Below are positions 55,512 to 64,000 of a DNA stretch of 64,000 nt, piece by piece. The stretch is taken from NCBI GenBank assembly GCA_963804165.1, contig CAWDPO010000013.1, positions 46,976 through 110,975 on the forward strand, in the 5' to 3' direction. The position numbers were made by a program, and so were the translations under genes. The stretch is from an uncultured delta proteobacterium. GTDB taxonomy: Bacteria > Desulfobacterota > Binatia > UBA9968. The notes under the pieces were generated by a model that searched no databases, was not told where the DNA came from, and saw nothing but the letters and a program-made list of their open reading frames with translations. The first letter of the stretch is position 1; each line of letters begins with the position of its first letter.

Positions 55512-56750
55512 TCGAAACCGCGGTCATTCTCAGTACCGGCGATGAACTCACCACGGGCAAAGTCGTCGATACCAATTCGGCCGTTATCGCCGACCGCCTT
55601 TTCTCCCTCGGCATCAACGTCACCGCGGTCTTAAAGGTCGGCGATGATCAGGAAAGATTGCATTGGGCATTAGGTCAAGCGCGCGATCTCGGCGATATAG
55701 TTATCGGAACCGGCGGCTTGGGTCCGACAGCCGACGATCTAACCACCGAAACCGTGTCCCAGTTCCTGGGCTGCCCGTTGATCCGGGACGATCAAGTCGC
55801 GATCTCGCTCAAAAATCGCTTTGACGCTCGCGGCATTCCGTGGACGGAAAACAATCTCAAACAGGCGCTTTTTCCTGAAGGCGCGACGATCATTCCCAAT
55901 CCGCTCGGCACCGCTCCCGGATTTCGCGTCGATCATGGGGCAAGACAAAAATCTGATCTGGCTTTCCGGCGTGCCCCAGGAAATGATGGCGATGTTCGAA
56001 CGGGACCGTAATGCCGTGGGTCGTGACCGAGCATGGGAAAGACAGTGAGATTCACTCGTGCACGTTTAAAATCCACGGCCTCACCGAATCAAAACTGGAC
56101 GACCTGGTCAAACCGCTTGATCTGGGTGCACACGCAAGGCTTTCTTTTCGCGCCCATTATCCCGATTTGACTCTGCGTCTGACCGTTAGCGGTGGCAAGA
56201 ACAGGAACAAGACTTTCGTTGATCTCTGCGAGCAAATTCGCCGCATCCTCGGCTCGCATATTTACGCCGAAGGCGATCTGACGCTGGAAGAAAGTCGTCG
56301 GCCGACTGCTCCTGGAGAAAAACCAGACACTGGCTTTGGCAGAGTCGTGCACCGGCGGTTTGATCAGCCATCGCATTACCCGGATCGCCGGCAGCTCGGC
56401 CTATTATTACGGCGGCGCGGTAACCTATTCCAATGAAGCGAAAGATGAAATTCCTCGGCGTTAAGCCGACGACTTTGGAAAAATACGGCGCGGTCAGCGA
56501 GCAAACAGCCCTGGAAATGTCGCATGGCATCCGGGAACGAACCGGCGCGAGCATCGGTCTCAGCGTCACGGGCATCGCCGGACCGAGCGGCGGCAGTCCG
56601 GAAAAACCCGTCGGCACGGTCTGGATCAGCATCGCGCAACAGAATAGCCATGAAGCGCGCCATTTCCAATTTCACGGCGAGCGCGAGCGCATTATTCTCG
56701 GCACCTCCCAGGCCGCGCTCAATTGGCTGCGGCTTGCCCTTTTAGATTAG
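55508..56750 (+). CDS. cinA: competence/damage-inducible protein CinA (several frameshifts, probable read errors)
   Basis: 'GDEL..G.VVDTN', '[11 protein letters not shown]'; AESCTGG in a shifted frame; 'GAVS', '[17 protein letters not shown]'. Confidence 0.88.
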
Positions 56751-56754
56751 ATTT

Positions 56755-57383
56755 GTGATCCGCGCCTTTATCGCCATCGAGATCGATCCGCAGGTCATCG
56801 ACACAATCGGTCCACACGCGATCGACCGAGCTCAAGCCGCGAATTTCCTGCTATTCGCTGGGTCGCGCCAACGAATTTGCATCTCACGCTAAAATTTCTC
56901 GGCAACGTCGAAGAGGCGCAAATCAACCCATCGGCGCGGCGCTCGCGGCCGCAGCTTCACCCCTTTCCGCGCTTCACCATAAATGCTAAAGGTTTAGGGG
57001 TATTTCCCGACTTGAGACGGCCGAGAATATTGTGGGTCGGATTGGCGGGCAATCGAGTTAGCGTCGTTGGCGTCGACGGTAGAGTCGGCGTTGCTGCCGC
57101 TGGGTTTTGCGCCGGAGAAAAGAAGTTTCACGCCGCATTTAACCATCGGCCGGTGGCGCCAAACTGAGCGGCCGCCCAAACACTTGAAAAAGCACTGGAG
57201 AGCTGGCAGCATTACGAGTTCGGCGTTACAGCCGTTGATGAGATGATCTTATTTCAGAGCGTGCTCAAACCCGAAGGAGCGATTTACACCCGGCTTAAAA
57301 CAGTGACGCTCAAGAGAATTAACGTGACTGACCGGCGTGTGAAGGAGGCAGGAGATGGATGCGAATCGAGAGAAAGCGATTGA
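56755..57383 (+). CDS. thpR: RNA 2',3'-cyclic phosphodiesterase (frameshifted; 3' end uncertain)
   Basis: 'IRAFIAI', HLTLKFLG, 'RPRILWVG', PHLT in a second frame; lies between cinA and recA. Confidence 0.8.
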
Positions 57384-58422
57384 CCTTAGCCGTAAGCCAA
57401 ATCGAACGGCAGTTTGGCAAAGGCGCGATCATGAAACTTGGCGAGGGCGGCGTGGTCAAGGACGCACCGGTCGTCTCACCGGGCTCTCTCGGACTCGATA
57501 TCGCTCTCGGCATCGGCGGCGTGCCGCGCGGCCGAGTCATGGAAATCTACGGCCCTGAGTCCTCCGGCAAGACGACCTTGGCGCTCCAGATCGTCGCCGA
57601 AGCGCAGAAACTCGGCGGCATGGGCGCTTACATCGACGCCGAGCATGCGCTCGATTTGGGTTACGCAAAGAAACTCGGCGTCAAGACCGACGATCTTCTC
57701 GATCTCGCAGCCGGACCACGGCGAACAAGCACTGGAAATTGCCGAGACGCTGGTCCGCAGCGGCGCCATCGATGTTTTGGTCATCGACTCCGTCGCGGCG
57801 CTTGGTGCCAAAGGCGGAAATCGAAGGCGAGATGGGCGACGCCCACATGGGCTTGCAGGCCCGACTCATGTCGCAAGCGCTGCGAAAACTGACCGCGACG
57901 ATTGCCCGTTCCCAGACCGTGGTGATCTTCATCAACCAGATCCGCATGAAGATCGGCGTCATGTTCGGCAACCCGGAAACCACGACCGGCGGCAACGCGC
58001 TCAAGTTCTACGCTTCGGTGCGCATGGATATCCGCCGCATCGGCGCGCTCAAAGACGGCGACAATATCGTCGGCGGGCGCACCCGGGTCAAAGTCGTCAA
58101 GAATAAAATGGCGCCGCCGTTCAAAGAAGCCGAATTCGATATCCTTTACGGCACCGGCATTTCGCGCGACGGCGAAATCGTCGACCTTGGCAGCGAGATA
58201 GGCATCGTCGAAAAAAGCGGCGCTTGGTATTCCTACGGCGGCGAGCGCATCGGCCAAGGGCGCGAAGCAGCGAAACAGTTTCTTCAAAGATCACCCGGAA
58301 ACCGCCAGCGAGATCATGACCAAAGTCATGGAGAAGACCGGCGTGAAACGGTCCGAGCCGGAAACTCTCCGCGCCAGCTGCCGCGGTCGCAGGAGAAAAA
58401 AGAAAAAGGCAAAGGCAGGTAG
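57355..58422 (+). CDS. recA: recombinase RecA (frameshifted)
   Basis: 'QIERQFGKG', 'GPESSGKTT', 'DAEHALD', '[11 protein letters not shown]', '[26 protein letters not shown]'. Confidence 0.95.
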
Positions 58423-58429
58423 TGCGAAC

Positions 58430-61594
<3,165 letters not shown>

Positions 61595-61680
61595 GGCGAG
61601 ATTCTTGGATTCGAATTTTCGCGTTTCCCAAGCTGGCGGCGTTCATTGCCTCAGCCGTTTAAGAGCAGCGTAATCATAGC

Positions 61681-62107
61681 GTGATCACGATTCGCACCAA
61701 AAAAATCATCGAATAGACTGCCGGTTTCTGCGACATCATCGACATCACTGCCAAGCTAACGAACAAATCAGCAAGCAAAAATTCGCCAAGGACTGGCAAG
61801 CGTCTTTGTGTCTGGCTCTACCGCGGCGCTCACAACCATCGAGCATGAACCGGGTTTGATTCAGGACTTGAAAGAATTCGTCGAGAAACTGATCCCGTCC
61901 GATCGCCGCTATCATCACGACGATCGCTGGGGCGATGACAATGGTTTCTCGCACTTGCGCGCCTCGCTCTTCGGGCCATCAGTTGGCATTCCGATAGAAA
62001 ACGGCCATCCCTGCTTGGGCACCTGGCAGCAGGTGATTCTGTTCGATTTCGACAATCGTCCGCGCACACGCGAAATCATCGTCCAGCTCATAGGAGAAAA
62101 CGAGTGA
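61681..62107 (+). CDS. yjbQ: YjbQ/UPF0047 family protein (frameshifted 5' part)
   Basis: 'GSTAALTTIE', 'DNGFSHLRASL', 'LGTWQ...FDFD'. Confidence 0.85.
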
Positions 62108-63198
62108 AAGACGAAAAGACAACGAATCGCTGATGCCGTGACCGAGGTCGGCGTCAATCTGCTCGAGTTTCATGATCCTCGACTGTTCCGCGATCTGCTG
62201 GGCCAGCATGACCAGCACTTGAAAATTCTTCAAAGTACGCTGCAAGTGAAAATTCGCGTGCGCGGCTCGACGCATGGAGATCGAAGGGGACCCGTTGCAA
62301 GTCGAGCTTACTAGCCAATTCTCCGCCAACTCTACGGTCTTTTGGAAAAAGGCTACCCGGTTTATGCCAGCGACGTCGATTACGCGATTCGCATCTTGAG
62401 TGGCGATAGCCGCGCCAAGCTCCAGGACATCTTTCTCGACACGATCTACATCTCCGCGCACAAGCGCACCATCACGCCGAAAAGCATCGCGCAAAAAGCC
62501 TACATCGACGCGATCCGCCGATACGACATCGTCTTTGGCATCGGTCCCGCAGGAACGGGCAAGACGTATCTCGCCATGGCGATGGCAGTGGCTGAGTTGA
62601 TGAAAAACAATTACGTGCGAATTATTCTGACTCGCCCAGCGGTCGAAGCAGGTGAAAAACTAGGCTTCTTACCCGGCGATCTGGCCGAGAAAGTAAACCC
62701 CTATTTGCGTCCTCTCTATGACGCCTGCACGACATGGTCGATTTTGACCGTGCGCGAAAGTTGGTCGAACGCGGGACGATCGAAGTCGCGCCGTTGGCGT
62801 TCATGCGCGGCCGAACCTTGAACGATTCCTTCGTGATTCTCGACGAAGCGCAAAACACCACTCCCGAGCAGATGAAGATGTTTCTCACCCGTCTGGGCTA
62901 TGGATCGAAAGCGGTGATCACCGGAGACGCAACACAAATCGATTTGCCTGCAGGAAAACCTTCCGGACTGAAAGAAGCATCGCGGATTTTAAAAGGAGTC
63001 CACGGCATCCGCTTCATCACGTTCACCGAAAAGGACGTGGCGCGACATCACCTGGTACAAGAAATCATCACAGCCTACGAGCGCGATGAGAATCAGGTCA
63101 GCGCGCGGGATCTGCCGGCAAAAGCTAAGGCAGTATTCCGCGGACAATACGAGGCCGCCGGAGCGCGACCTAGGCTTACTGAACTCCTTCTAAATTGA
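62104..63198 (+). CDS. phoH: PhoH family ATPase (frameshifted)
   Basis: '[11 protein letters not shown]', '[16 protein letters not shown]', 'PLAFMRGRT', 'LDEAQN', 'TGD.TQIDLP'. Confidence 0.92.
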
Positions 63199-63966
63199 CT
63201 TTGGCTTGAACACTTTTGCCGTCGCGCAGCAGCGTAAGATTGACCGCATCTCCGACTTTGTATTTTTCCAACGTCAAGAACAGGTCGTTCGGCGTTTCAA
63301 CTTTTTTGCCGTCTAATGCAGTGATAATGTCGCCGAATCCAGCCGGCCGTCGGCGTCTCTCCGAGTCGGTTGTATTCCGGCCTTTGCCGCTGCGCCACCC
63401 CGGACGACATCCACCACTAACACTCCTTTCACACCCAGTCTCTGCGAGATTTGCTCGTTGATTTGCTCGTCAAGCTGAACGCCCAATCCCGGGCGGGTAA
63501 TTTTCCCGCTACGGATAAACTCCGGCACGAGTCGATTGACGGTATCCACCGGGATAGCGAAGCCTATCCCCGCCGACACACCTGAAGGGCTGAAAATCGC
63601 GGTATTGACGCCGATCAAGCGCCCCGCGCTATCGAGCAAGGGCCCGCCGGAATTTCCCGGATTGATCGCCGCGTCGGACTGAATCACTCCTTGAATCGGC
63701 CGGCGCGTTACCGATTCGATCTCGCGATTGAGCGCGCTGATCACACCGGTGGTCAAAGTTTGATCCAAACCGAACGGATTGCCGATCGCAAACACGCTCT
63801 GGCCCACCTGTAAATCTTTCGAAGTGCCGATCGGAATGGGGTGAAGTCGCTTAGCCGGCGCATCAATGCGCAGGACCGCGAGATCTTTGTCCGGCGCAAC
63901 GCCAACCAGTTGCGCTTTCCAACTGGACTGATCCGCCAACGTCACTTGAGCAGCACTAGCATTTGG
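63176..63966 (-). CDS. HtrA/DegP-like serine protease with PDZ domain (5' truncated, frameshift near 63340)
   Basis: 'DLAVL', 'AIGNPFGL', '[17 protein letters not shown]', PDZ 'GVLV..V..G..A.KAG'. Confidence 0.9.
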
Positions 63967-64000
63967 AACAATACGCAACGGAACCAAGGGTTAACATAGC
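63967..64000 (-). other. probable untrimmed Oxford Nanopore adapter remnant
   Basis: 63967-63988 AACAATACGCAACGGAACCAAG matches AGCAATACGTAACTGAACGAAG (reverse complement of the ligation adapter) at 18/22 positions; HtrA similarity stops here. Confidence 0.7.

Overview
This is a GC-rich bacterial window, probably a deltaproteobacterial-type lineage such as Ca. Binatia (inferred from gene content and synteny, not from a database search). Left (0.5-16.6 kb): an accessory catabolic region with four orphan substrate-binding proteins, a VOC protein, glcB, a flavin monooxygenase, a TenA/PqqC-like diiron protein, a secreted hydrolase, an MFS transporter and a decayed cytochrome c peroxidase. Middle (16.7-27.5 kb, minus strand): a complete rrn operon (16S-tRNA-Ile-tRNA-Ala-23S-5S) and the zapB-zapA-6S RNA-ygfA-rny-ymdB-tyrS block. 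The most interesting part is a ~19.5 kb metal uptake and metallation island (27.7-47.2 kb). It holds NikR with two matching operator sites, a TonB-dependent receptor, MFS, TonB, a methyltransferase and a ZnuABC-like ABC transporter. These are followed by a His-rich exported leader ORF ending in a RAPP ribosome-arrest-type motif, then a Cys-bearing BNR lipoprotein, TlpA, three paralogous Cox11/CtaG-like proteins that keep only one Cys, SCO proteins, VKOR-thioredoxin and a rhodanese. Two genes that the ORF track splits or truncates are probably selenoproteins: an AhpD/CMD protein (CxxU) and the exported rhodanese (UxC). Each has an in-frame TGA at a catalytic Cys position and a SECIS-like hairpin. 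Right (47.2-64 kb): queC, a DUF58/VWA cluster, an M23 peptidase, pgpA-cinA-thpR-recA-recX-alaS-yjbQ-phoH and a partial htrA. The many frameshifts in essential genes, and a nanopore-adapter-like sequence at the window end, point to long-read errors rather than real pseudogenes.
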